Below are positions 1 through 9,933 of a DNA stretch of 64,000 nucleotides, one piece after another. Positions within the stretch are counted from its first letter, which is position 1, and every line of letters starts with the position of its first letter. The notes under the pieces are model-generated. The model searched no databases and had not been told where the DNA came from. It saw nothing but the letters and a program-made list of their open reading frames with translations. The stretch lies in IMG/VR virus record IMGVR_UViG_3300045971_000409, positions 13,349 to 77,348 of that record; one strand, written 5' to 3'. The DNA is from a virus. The position numbers and the translations under genes were made by a program.

Positions 1-2
1 CC

Positions 3-3000
3 TACGAGATATCGGCGGTAGCCCATTATCCCCAAAAATTCGACTTGATCGAGAACAATCTGGCCCTATCCGTGGACAGCGGAACTATTAACGCGGACTT
101 GACAACAGTTAGTCCCCCACGGAATATCACCTTCACCGAGGAGGTATACTCACCCACCCCTGGCACCTCAGCTATTCGCCTGGTAATAAGCTGGGAGGCC
201 CCTGAGAACAAGTACGTCTATCAGTACAAAGGGCAGGTTCAGCACCCGGATGGGTCCTTCCAGATGTTCAATACCCCTGATGCCAAGCTCACCGTAGTCG
301 TGGCATCTTCGGGTACCTACACGATAAACGTCAGAACTGTTACCTTTAGCAATATGGTATCAGCTCCCGCCACAGCATCATACTTGCTGGTACTGCACTC
401 AAAGGTACCCGTGCCCAATGTGACCGGGCTTGACCTATACCCTGGCAATAACTACCGGTACTTCAATACGAAAGACTGCCACCTCATCTGGCACACCCCC
501 CAGGCGTACTCTGATACCCCCCTGGCGGATGCCCAGCCTTTATCCCAGGTACCCCTGGAGATGTGGTTCAAGCAGTATGTTATCCGCATCTACAATATGG
601 ATAACTCGCTTCGCAGGACGGACTACTCAAAGACCCCGGAGTACTTCTACACTCACGAGAAAAACTATGCGGACGGGGGAGAAGCCTTCATCCTTGCCCG
701 CGAGTTTATTGTGGGGGTTGTGGCCGAGGATACCGCGGGAAACTGGTCTGAGGTAGAAGCGAGAATAATCGTATCCAATCCAGCCCCGGCGGCCTTACCG
801 GCCCCCACCCTCAATGGCTTTATCGGGTCTTTCATGGCGGCCTGGAATCCATCTCCTGAGGTGGATGTGGTCGGGTATGTAGTGCATGCAGTGTTGGGCT
901 CGGACTTTACTCCGGGGCCTACCAACCTGAAAAACACCGGGCCAGAAACGGTATTTACCTACACCAAGGCTGCGGCCGGCACTTGGTACGTAAAAATTGC
1001 CGCTTACGATGTGTTTGACAAGACCGGATTAAATTACTCCCCGGCGGCCACCATAGATGTGGCTGGAACCATCGCGGATATAATGACGGCCCTTGAGGGC
1101 AGCATCACCCGGTCTCAATTATTGCCTGCATTGCGAACCAGTATTGACACCATAGACGACCCCTCCACGGGACTTACCGTACGGCTAGGGGCGGCCTTAA
1201 CCCAAATAGATAGTATCAATGGCCAACTCGCGGGATTAACCGTCAGTACCTACACGGCATCCCTTACCTATGCCATTGGTGTATTGGTACGCGGAACGGA
1301 CGGCCTCACCTATAAGGCAAAAATAGCGGTACCCATAAATACCGCACCACCCAACCTCACCTACTGGGAGCCGGTAGTGGGTGTCGTAAGTCTTGCCCAG
1401 GCCATTACGGATGAGACAACGGCCCGACAACTAGCAGACAGTAATGAAATATCCAGGGTTAATGCTCTACTGGCCACCCTGCAAAATACCACGGTACCGG
1501 GCCTCATAGTTACGGCAACAAATGGCTCCATAAAAGATGCCTACGTCGCGGCAGATGGTGCCCTAGCTACGGACTATAACTTCAAGATAGCTAGTATAAC
1601 CCAGCCCGTCACAGGTAGTATAGCTTCCGCAATTACAGCCTCAGAGACAGTGACCACGGGGCTTATCAACACCACCGCCAATGCGGTTACCACTTTGCAA
1701 TCTCGGGTGGATGGGATTGAATCCTTATTTGGAGCCTATAACTCCTGGAACTTTGACACCACGGTAGAGGGTTTTATCGCCGGGGGTACGGGTGGCTCTC
1801 TGGCCTGGGTACGGGATTCTGGTAATGGGTCCTTAAACTACACCACTGTAGCGGGGGGAGTATCTCCTACGATCAACATTACAGGTCTGTCCGTCCCCAG
1901 TAAAAACAATGTTGTTCGGATGAAAATAAAACGAATATCGGGTACTGCTACAGACTGGGTGGGGTCTATGATGTACTCCACGGCGGCCAATCCAACCCCC
2001 AGTTTAAGTCGTTACAAGGCGGCCCCTTCCTTGGTGGGCGGCCTACCTCCAGGCAAGGATATGGTCTTTGAGTGGGATATGTCCGCTCTCACCGTGGGGG
2101 GTACCGATTGGCTTACCCAGCCCACCATCACTGGGCTATCCATTATCCTGGCCCCCAATAATACGGTAGGGCAGTTCTATATTGACTGGATTGTCATAGG
2201 GTCCAAAGCACCCCCCGCAAGTATGGCCTACCTGGAAGATGTACGTTACACTTTAGCCCAGGTGGATATAGCCGAAGCAGGGTTGCGCACTACCTTGGCG
2301 GCGCGAGTACTCAATACTGAGCAGCTATTCGACCCCATTGTGACCTGGAACTTTTTGTCTTCTTTCGAGGGGTGGAATCGTGTCGCAACCGATGTGACTC
2401 TTTCCGTCACCAGCACAGGGGGTAAAACCACCCTCAATATGGCAACCTTTACCACCAATACAGTACAAATCTACGTTCCTACCTCGGGGGTAGATGGGAC
2501 CAAGTACACACTGGTAAGAGCCAAAATAAAAAATACAGGGTCGATAGATATAACGCGCTTCCAGTGCTATTACGCTAATGCCGTCCATGCCACATACACG
2601 GTCAGTTACTACAAGAATCTGGTCCTCACCTTAAAACCAGGGGAAGAATCTATCGTTGAGTGGGATATGACGGCCCTAACTGCTGGGGGTGCTGACTGGA
2701 CCAACCCGGCTAACCCCATCAATGGCATAGCTCTGGGATTGGGGGGTATTGGAGCCACTCTGGAAATCGACTGGATAACGATAGGACGTAAAGCCCCGGC
2801 GGCCAGTACCGCGGCCATTGAAACGGAACAATCAGTTCGGGCTCAGACGGTAGGAAAAGACTATTCGGCAACAACGGCATTTCCCACCAAGAGTATCTGT
2901 CTTTACAATGGGGTCCTTTACCGCAACACGGTCGTACCTGCAAGAACTCTACTGGGTGAGCCACCCCCTGATGCGGCAAAATGGACCCCAGTAACCAGTA

Positions 3001-6000
3001 ATGCCTACGCCCAGTATACCTTGAAACTAGAGGTAGATGCTGGGGGTACTAAGTATGTGAGTGGTTTCGGACTTTCTAATGATGGAGAAACTTCAGACTT
3101 CATCGTAGTGGCGGACAAGTTCGCCATAATGGCTCCGATAGCTGATGCCTTAATTACGGACCCGTTAAAAAAGAAACTCATACCCTTTGCGGTGGCAAGG
3201 GTAAACAATACCTGGACAGTGGGCATTAATGGGCAATTAGTAGTGGATGGCTCCATCAATGCTCGGGCTATTGATGTCACCAGTCTGCACGTAGGGCCGG
3301 GCGGAATCAGTATAGACGAAAATGCCCTCATAACCTTCGGCCAGGTTATGAATGCAGTACCTACACTGGACCCCGCCATAAAGGACATGCTCCAGCAGGA
3401 AATAGAGCCCTACCTGCCCTCCCCGGTATACTCCAGGGCCTCCACCGCGTACTATGAGGGGTCCGCCGAAATAGCCCTGGTAGACACTCCCCGTATTGTA
3501 AAAACTACCCATGATGGGGCCAGGGTGACGGGAGAAAATGCCATACTCATGGAACCCGCAGCTACCAACTGGCTGGCGGCTAACCTACCCACCCACCTGG
3601 CCCTTACAGCCTGTACTTTAAACGGTGGAGCCACCTTAGGGTCTATAACCCCCGGCCAGTCTGACCCCTTCGGGGGTATGAATGCTGTGCGCTACTATGT
3701 CACTTCGGATGGCATTACCTCTCGTCGTAAATTCTGGCTAGGTGGGGTTGTAGTACCTGCTGGTGTCAATGGCTGTCAGCAGGTATGGGTACGTAATCGG
3801 TCAATCACCGTCATAACAGTTACCGCTAATATCGGGCTCTCTTCCGTCAGTATTCCCGCCAGTTCGGGATGGATACTGGTGCAGCACAACAACGTACTGG
3901 GGGATGGTGTAGCTCAGATGCACCTGGATTTCGCTACTACCCTGGTCGGTGAAAGTATAGATGTAGATTTGTTCCGTCCCATGCAAGACATAGTGAACAC
4001 CATATCTTACACCTCATGGACCAACTCTACCCGAGCTTTAGATACTTTGAGTGTCTCCGCGGTCAACATGGGCACCAAGTGGTCCATAGAATGTTGGGCC
4101 AAAAGTAATACCATAGGTACTATAAATAAGTGGGTATTCTCCTCCTGGACTAAATTTGGGGTGGGTATAGGTGGTGGATCTGATACAACCAAAGATGGCT
4201 ACCCCCTCTTCGCGTACTATGATGGGACCAATACCCGACAGAATGTTTACGCCTCCGCCCCCCTGGCGGCCCCTAAAGGATGGAATCACTGGGCAACCAC
4301 TTTTGATGGGACCACCGTAAAAGTTTATGTGAATGGCGTAGTGGTTATAGTCGTCACCACCCCCCTTCCTCAGGCATGGAATAGTAACGCTATACAGATC
4401 GGCTGCGGTATATACTGGGCGGGCTATATCTCCAAATTCCGTACCCTTAATTTTGTCATGACCCCAGCCCAAGTAACCAATGCGTACCAGTTCGCGTTTG
4501 TGCGCGGCGATTTCTCTGGGGCCTCCCTTTATGAGCTGGATTTCAACAACACCTCAATGTGGAAGCAAACCAGTACTGGGAAGCTCTACAGCTACAATGG
4601 GGTAGCGTGGGTTTTGGCCTCCACGGTGGGAGCCCCTGCGGGTACCCTGGTGGGCAATAAAGAAGCGACAGCTTTAGCCTTATCGGTAACCCTATCGGAA
4701 ACCGCTATAAGTGATCTTACCAGCGATGATATTTTATCCCCCGTGGAAAAACAGGCTCTTTTGACTGAGTGGTACAATGTCTATTATGAGTGGGCAAATG
4801 TCTTAGAGCCGAATGCGGCCGCTAAACTGGGCACGGGGCATATTGCATACACCAATTACCTGGGTAAGATTGCTACCCTGAACGCCTTCATCAATTCAGC
4901 CCCGGTCAATATATTAAATAAAACAGTAAGTACCGCACTGTCGGTAACAACTCTTGATGGGATAGTACCTCCCAACGTAACAGGCACCGTCTTACGTAAC
5001 TTTCTCTGGGGTTTTTATCAGACCCGCGGAGCCCTCATCACCGCCCTCACGGATAAAGCGGGCACCACAGCTTTATGGTCCGGCATCCCTACGGGTACGG
5101 GTAAGGCCGCGGATTATGCTACGGTTGGGGCTGATGCTACGAATCTACAGGTAGGTCTTTCCAGCAACATGATTGTTGATGCTGACTTTCGTAACTGGGC
5201 CAACCACCCGCTGACTCTATGGAACAGTATCACAGGACTTAGTGCTGAGGCTGGTATCAATTTTGGATCCATTTGGAGACTACCAGCCCCAAGTAATACA
5301 CCATACCTCAAGCACCCGAATAACATTCCGCCAGAAACTGCGTACTCGGCCTTTTACACGGAGTATTACACGGTAGCCTCTGACTCTTGGTACGAATTGT
5401 ATGCCTACACTGGTGCTCGTAGGTGCAAGGTTCAAATCACGGTGGCCGAGTATAATGGGGCGGGTGCTTTTAATCTGTCCACCACGTTATCCATAATAAA
5501 TGATGGTGAGGCTGCGGGGGGCGTTACCCTGAATGTCTACAAGAAAACGGGTGGCTTCTTCAAGACTCAGGGCACCACGGCGAGTATATACATCACTATT
5601 GCCAAGTTCTGCACTAAGACCGGTCAAGCCGATAGTTATCTTTTTCTCGGCCCGATGTATCTCGGCAAAGCACTATCGGCCCAGGTCACTTCTGGGGTAT
5701 TCTCCGATTGGAGTCCTGGCCCTGCGGGGTACGCGGGTCAACTTAATGCCACCAATGGCGCCCCCACGGGTACCTATGTCGGGGGTACCGAAGCAAGTGC
5801 CTTATCAACATCAGCAGCAACATCAGCAGCAAGTATTGGGCAGATGGCAGATGATACTATCCTCTCACCTATAGAAAAACAGGCATTGCTCAAGGAGTAC
5901 TATGACGTCTACTATGAATGGGTTAATGTTTTAGCACCCAATGCTGGGACTAAAATAGGAACTGGGGCGACAGCCTATGTAGACTATTCCACTAAAATGT

Positions 6001-6827
6001 CGCAACTTATTACGTTTATAAACTCTGCGGCAGTTAATATAGGCAGTGTAGGCACAAGTACCTATTTGTCCACAACAACCCTAGCCGGAGTAACTCCGGT
6101 AACAGGTAATAGTTTCCGGTCATTTTTCTTTGATTTCTACCAAAAAAGGGCTGCCCTCTATACCGCCCTTTCGGACAAGGCGGGTACCATAGCTGATTGG
6201 GATAAACTCAACGGCACTATGCCTGCAAATATAGTGACAGGCTCCGGTACCGAGATCGCAAGTACCTGGATATACACTGGTACCTTGTATGCAGAAAAAG
6301 TGAGTTCTCGTCTGGGTACCTACGATGAATTATATGTAGGTGGGCATGTTGTCTCTGACCCCAAACAAGCTACAGGCCCCGCTACAGACACTAGGGCTTA
6401 TCAGAATTATAATGCAGCGGGAGTTATGATATCATCCCCGCGGACCCATGTAGACCTTGGAGGGCAGGCTATAGATCACACCATAATGGCTGTCCTGGCC
6501 ATAGAAATTATAGGGCAGTCAACCTTCACTTGGACTGGATTTTTGACGGGGTACACTTCGGTAGCGGGAGCTAAAGTAATAATCGAGTTGTTTAGAGTGG
6601 ATACCTACGGTGGAGAAGCCTTAGTAAAAACATTCTCCACCTTAGATTTAACCTCAGGAACTCACATGATACCCGTACAGTACACTGATAGGGCCACTGG
6701 TGGTTATTTGTATCGTATAAAAGTTAAGGGTACAGTTGGTAATATGGATGTAACTGGTATTCCTACGCTAGGCTGTCGGGCTAATACCTGTAGTATTGTA
6801 GTTATGACTACCAAAGGGGGGGCTTAA
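3..6827 (+). CDS. Tail tip / host-specificity protein (lambda J-like central fibre), 5'-truncated by the window edge
   Basis: Frame is open from position 3 (YEISAVAHYPQKFDLIE). It has FN3-like segments, a J/DUF1983-like segment (QYTLKLEVDAGGTKYVSGFGL...DFIVVADKFAI), a ConA/LamG-like segment (WNHWATTFDGTTVKVYVNG) and internal repeats. Confidence 0.85.
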   Translation, partial: YEISAVAHYPQKFDLIENNLALSVDSGTINADLTTVSPPRNITFTEEVYSPTPGTSAIRLVISWEAPENKYVYQYKGQVQHPDGSFQMFNTPDAKLTVVVASSGTYTINVRTVTFSNMVSAPATASYLLVLHSKVPVPNVTGLDLYPGNNYRYFNTKDCHLIWHTPQAYSDTPLADAQPLSQVPLEMWFKQYVIRIYNMDNSLRRTDYSKTPEYFYTHEKNYADGGEAFILAREFIVGVVAEDTAGNWSEVEARIIVSNPAPAALPAPTLNGFIGSFMAAWNPSPEVDVVGYVVHAVLGSDFTPGPTNLKNTGPETVFTYTKAAAGTWYVKIAAYDVFDKTGLNYSPAATIDVAGTIADIMTALEGSITRSQLLPALRTSIDTIDDPSTGLTVRLGAALTQIDSINGQLAGLTVSTYTASLTYAIGVLVRGTDGLTYKAKIAVPINTAPPNLTYWEPVVGVVSLAQAITDETTARQLADSNEISRVNALLATLQNTTVPGLIVTATNGSIKDAYVAADGALATDYNFKIASITQPVTGSIASAITASETVTTGLINTTANAVTTLQSRVDGIESLFGAYNSWNFDTTVEGFIAGGTGGSLAWVRDSGNGSLNYTTVAGGVSPTINITGLSVPSKNNVVRMKIKRISGTATDWVGSMMYSTAANPTPSLSRYKAAPSLVGGLPPGKDMVFEWDMSALTVGGTDWLTQPTITGLSIILAPNNTVGQFYIDWIVIGSKAPPASMAYLEDVRYTLAQVDIAEAGLRTTLAARVLNTEQLFDPIVTWNFLSSFEGWNRVATDVTLSVTSTGGKTTLNMATFTTNTVQIYVPTSGVDGTKYTLVRAKIKNTGSIDITRFQCYYANAVHATYTVSYYKNLVLTLKPGEESIVEWDMTALTAGGADWTNPANPINGIALGLGGIGATLEIDWITIGRKAPAASTAAIETEQSVRAQTVGKDYSATTAFPTKSICLYNGVLYRNTVVPARTLLGEPPPDAAKWTPVTSNAYAQYTLKLEVDAGGTKYVSGFGLSNDGETSDFIVVADKFAIMAPIADALITDPLKKKLIPFAVARVNNTWTVGINGQLVVDGSINARAIDVTSLHVGPGGISIDENALITFGQVMNAVPTLDPAIKDMLQQEIEPYLPSPVYSRASTAYYEGSAEIALVDTPRIVKTTHDGARVTGENAILMEPAATNWLAANLPTHLALTACTLNGGATLGSITPGQSDPFGGMNAVRYYVTSDGITSRRKFWLGGVVVPAGVNGCQQVWVRNRSITVITVTANIGLSSVSIPASSGWILVQHNNVLGDGVAQMHLDFATTLVGESIDVDLFRPMQDIVNTISYTSWTNSTRALDTLSVSAVNMGTKWSIECWAKSNTIGTINKWVFSSWTKFGVGIGGGSDTTKDGYPLFAYYDGTNTRQNVYASAPLAAPKGWNHWATTFDGTTVKVYVNGVVVIVVTTPLPQAWNSNAIQIGCGIYWAGYISKFRTLNFVMTPAQVTNAYQFAFVRGDFSGASLYELDFNNTSMWKQTSTGKLYSYNGVAWVLASTVGAPAGTLVGNKEATALALSVTLSETAISDLTSDDILSPVEKQALLTEWYNVYYEWANVLEPNAAAKLGTGHIAYTNYLGKIATLNAFINSAPVNILNKTVSTALSVTTLDGIVPPNVTGTVLRNFLWGFYQTRGALITALTDKAGTTALWSGIPTGTGKAADYATVGADATNLQVGLSSNMIVDADFRNWANHPLTLWNSITGLSAEAGINFGSIWRLPAPSNTPYLKHPNNIPPETAYSAFYTEYYTVASDSWYELYAYTGARRCKVQITVAEYNGAGAFNLSTTLSIINDGEAAGGVTLNVYKKTGGFFKTQGTTASIYITIAKFCTKTGQADSYLFLGPMYLGKALSAQVTSGVFSDWSPGPAGYAGQLNATNGAPTGTYVGGTEASALSTSAATSAASIGQMADDTILSPIEKQALLKEYYDVYYEWVNVLAPNAGTKIGTGATAYVDYSTKMSQLITFINSAAVNIGSVGTSTYLSTTTLAGVTPVTGNSFRSFFFDFYQKRAALYTALSDKAGTIADWDKLNGTMPANIVTGSGTEIASTWIYTGTLYAEKVSSRLGTYDELYVGGHVVSDPKQATGPATDTRAYQNYNAAGVMISSPRTHVDLGGQAIDHTIMAVLAIEIIGQSTFTWTGFLTGYTSVAGAKVIIELFRVDTYGGEALVKTFSTLDLTSGTHMIPVQYTDRATGGYLYRIKVKGTVGNMDVTGIPTLGCRANTCSIVVMTTKGGA

Positions 6828-6828
6828 C

Positions 6829-7365
6829 ATGGGGTACATCGCAGTATATAACACTTATGATGGAAAGATAGTACGCAATATCCAGGAATATACCCGAGGT
6901 ATTGAGTTAGAGGCGGGAGAAGGGGAAGCCTTATATATGGGAGATGCTCTTGGGTACTCCCATATTATCGGTGGGATTCCTGTATTAATCCCAGAAATAA
7001 TCCCATTGCCTCAGCTTAAAGGGTCTAAAATAAGTATGATAACTTCGGCCTTCGAGTACTCTCTCGTCAGTAGGCAAACCAGTTACACCACTACGGGCTT
7101 AACGCCCAATATAACTGTAAATGCTGCCTCCCGCGATTTAGATAATGCCAAAGAATTACGGGACAAGATGATAGAGGAGACCATTGCAAATCTCCCCTTT
7201 AAGTGCTTCGATAATACCTATGTGCTACTCACCTTAGCGGATGTAAAACAGCTCATCACTGAGATGCGTAATTACGGTTTTTGGCTCTACCAGCATAAAT
7301 GGGAATTATTGGCGGCAGTAGAAGCCGCAACCACCGCCGAAGAATTAGAGGCAATCGTGTGGTAG
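6829..7365 (+). CDS. Tail-fibre associated protein (DUF4376-like)
   Basis: C-terminus FKCFDNTYVLLTLADVKQL...AATTAEELEAIVW is typical of this family; lies directly after the fibre gene. Confidence 0.7.
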   Translation: MGYIAVYNTYDGKIVRNIQEYTRGIELEAGEGEALYMGDALGYSHIIGGIPVLIPEIIPLPQLKGSKISMITSAFEYSLVSRQTSYTTTGLTPNITVNAASRDLDNAKELRDKMIEETIANLPFKCFDNTYVLLTLADVKQLITEMRNYGFWLYQHKWELLAAVEAATTAEELEAIVW

Positions 7366-7373
7366 TAATTGTT

Positions 7374-7391
7374 TGTGCAATCAATTGCACA
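7374..7391. promoter_or_regulatory. 18-bp palindrome copy 1 (TGTGCAATCAATTGCACA), intergenic
   Basis: Seen directly; symmetry extends to 7371-7394; just upstream of a possible TTTACA-N17-TATATA promoter (7398-7426). Confidence 0.85.
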
Positions 7392-7482
7392 AACTTATTT
7401 ACAAACCACCAGGACTGGGGTATATACAGGGCATCACCTCAAAATTATACGGTCCACCCGCCCTCGTAAAAGGAGTTATTGT

Positions 7483-8400
7483 ATGCAGTATTCCATAGGT
7501 ACGGTGGCAGTAACCCACGATAGTGCCACAGTAGTGGGCACTGGTACCCAGTTTCTACTGGTAGTACAAGTGGGGCACTCCTTCAAGCTAGACCTGGACT
7601 CTGTGGTTTATACCATAGCGGCCGTAGTATCCGACACCCAGCTCACTTTATCCGTACCATGGCAGGGATTAACGGGCTCGCTCAAAGGATACAGTGTTGG
7701 CATCAGTTACACCCCCAACTTCAATCTTTACGAGGTATCCGCCTCCGATAAAGATTGGGCGGCCCACCTCACCCAGAATACTATCCGTAAAATTGACAAT
7801 CTCCTGCGGCTCACCCCAGGGGTAACACGGACAGGAATAGTGGCCCCTACGGCCCTAACCCCCGCGTGTGTGGGCGAGGTATATCAGAACACGGTCACCG
7901 GCATAACCTACGTGGCCAACACGGTAACCGTGGGCGGCTACAAAGAACAAGTAGGGGTAGTAGCCACCCAAACCCTGACCAATAAAACCCTCACCGCCCC
8001 CGTACTCAACGGCCTGGTAGCCTTACAGGGCCTCTATAATAATGCTCTCAAGCTCGGGGCTTACTACTTCTGGATGTCTGCCGCGGGCAAGTATTTCATG
8101 AAGAGCACGGCTCCTGCCAGTGAAACTGATGGCTTTGTTATCCCCCAGCAAATAGAAGGTAGCGTGGTATATGACCCGCCCAGTATCGCTATTGGTGGGC
8201 TACTGACCACCACCCTGGTCGTATCAGGATGCGCCATGGGGGACTACGTACAGGCATCATTCTCTCTTGATCTGCAAGGCATAACCTTGACTGCTTACGT
8301 TTCCGTAGCTGGAACCGTTACTTTTAGTTTTTTCAATGGCACAACTACCGCCAAAGACCTTGCTAGTGGTACTTTGCGGGCCAGGGTAACCAAACAGTAG
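7483..8400 (+). CDS. Tail fibre/spike-like virion protein
   Basis: Start moved to ATG 7483 (RBS AAGGAG). The N-terminus YSIGTVAVTHDSATVVGTGTQF and the TQTLTNKTLT motif are common in phage fibres. Confidence 0.6.
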   Translation: MQYSIGTVAVTHDSATVVGTGTQFLLVVQVGHSFKLDLDSVVYTIAAVVSDTQLTLSVPWQGLTGSLKGYSVGISYTPNFNLYEVSASDKDWAAHLTQNTIRKIDNLLRLTPGVTRTGIVAPTALTPACVGEVYQNTVTGITYVANTVTVGGYKEQVGVVATQTLTNKTLTAPVLNGLVALQGLYNNALKLGAYYFWMSAAGKYFMKSTAPASETDGFVIPQQIEGSVVYDPPSIAIGGLLTTTLVVSGCAMGDYVQASFSLDLQGITLTAYVSVAGTVTFSFFNGTTTAKDLASGTLRARVTKQ

Positions 8401-8425
8401 TTTTCCAAGGAAGGAGAATACCCAA

Positions 8426-9196
8426 ATGGAACCCACTATTAGGCCCACAGGAGGTACTTTCGACATGAGTTCTGAGGATGTGGATTCCCGGCTTCGGTCC
8501 ATAGAGAAGAATCAGGCTTTACATAAAGCTCAGGAAGAGCATCTGACCAAGACGGTAGATACTATCCAGGAGGAATTGGCTGAATTTATCAATCTGGCTC
8601 GTCAGTGTGAGTTGGTAAATGAAACAGATAAAAAAGTTATAGCCTTACATTTCCGTGTAGATAAAGTAGCCCAGGACCTAGCCGTACTACATTCCCAACA
8701 TGAGGCATGTATGAAAACGGGCGATAAGGACACAGCAACCCTCCTAGCCATACAGAAGGACGTAATGAGTTTGACCCTCAAGTTCGATCAGTTCAATGGT
8801 ATGAGGGCCACCGTAGAGGCCAACAAATCTGATATTGAAGCCTTGAAAACCTCGGTGAATGGCTTGAACTTATCCAAAGACAAGACCGAGAAGTTTGTTA
8901 TGGGGCGCATGGGTAATCTATTTGATGCAGGATTCAAAATCTTGGTGTCCTGCATGTTAGGCTGGTACGTTTATTCTAACGGTATCAGAACCCAGCAACC
9001 TCCCATTGCAATAGCACCTGTACCCGCCCAAGTACAGGTTCACAACAATCCTGGTGGTCCTGATGATGACCATGATAATCCCTACAAAAAGAAGTTGGAA
9101 GAACATCAGGAGCAAGATCGTAGATTCCAGATTGAGCTTTTGGAGAAACTGAAAACCAAAGGTATTACTATCCCACCTATACCCTCAATGCCGTAA
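8426..9196 (+). CDS. Coiled-coil protein with one C-terminal transmembrane segment
   Basis: Heptad-rich body; hydrophobic FKILVSCMLGWYVY; RBS AAGGAG. Confidence 0.5.
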   Translation: MEPTIRPTGGTFDMSSEDVDSRLRSIEKNQALHKAQEEHLTKTVDTIQEELAEFINLARQCELVNETDKKVIALHFRVDKVAQDLAVLHSQHEACMKTGDKDTATLLAIQKDVMSLTLKFDQFNGMRATVEANKSDIEALKTSVNGLNLSKDKTEKFVMGRMGNLFDAGFKILVSCMLGWYVYSNGIRTQQPPIAIAPVPAQVQVHNNPGGPDDDHDNPYKKKLEEHQEQDRRFQIELLEKLKTKGITIPPIPSMP

Positions 9197-9208
9197 CAGG
9201 AGACCATC

Positions 9209-9532
9209 ATGATTTTCGATAAACAGGACAAAGTGGCAGGTTATCGTCGGGCCAAGCAGGTTGTTATCGACAACCCCAAAGATGGTGTTCCTCGCCTGAC
9301 TTTCGTGCTGGAGTGGGTTGTTGAAGTTGATGGGAAAACAGTCTCCATTCCCGCAGGAGAGCTGTCAGAGGATCTCATTGACATGAGTGATCCACTGATA
9401 ATCTACAACCCCATTGATGATAGTGTCATTATGCCTGCCAACAGTGGATTTTTGCAGGCGGTCATTTACAGTGACTATATGCGGCGGGTAGCGCGGGAAG
9501 CGGCGGAGAAAGCTGCTGAGGCGGTGATCTAA
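9209..9532 (+). CDS. Hypothetical protein
   Basis: RBS AGGAG; coupled to the next gene. Confidence 0.6.
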   Translation: MIFDKQDKVAGYRRAKQVVIDNPKDGVPRLTFVLEWVVEVDGKTVSIPAGELSEDLIDMSDPLIIYNPIDDSVIMPANSGFLQAVIYSDYMRRVAREAAEKAAEAVI

Positions 9533-9933
9533 TGTCTCTTGCTCATACGGTAGCACCTGTCCAGTGGGGGGGACTCAATACAGCCACTTTAGCATCTGGC
9601 GTATTTCAACAGTCCGACACCTTTGACGTTCTGGCTGCGACAGTAGCAGGAGTCGCTATTGGTCTATCCCTCCAGATTGACTGCTCCTGTAGTGCCCACG
9701 CTCGTCTGGATACGATAGAGATACTGTCCTCCGCAGACGGAATAACCTGGGATACTACCGGTAATGCCTACGCCTCAAACTCTTTGCAGGGCATAGCCAG
9801 TCAGCACGTAGGGGTAACAATCCCTCTGGCCTATGCTGAGGTACTTCGCTACTTCAAGGTGAGGATTACACCAGCGGTATTGATAGGTAGTTCTTACGTC
9901 TACACCATCACTTGTAATAAGGTCACTGCGTAA
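9532..9933 (+). CDS. Hypothetical beta-rich (probable virion) protein
   Basis: TAATG coupling on both sides; lies in the structural block. Confidence 0.55.
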   Translation: MSLAHTVAPVQWGGLNTATLASGVFQQSDTFDVLAATVAGVAIGLSLQIDCSCSAHARLDTIEILSSADGITWDTTGNAYASNSLQGIASQHVGVTIPLAYAEVLRYFKVRITPAVLIGSSYVYTITCNKVTA

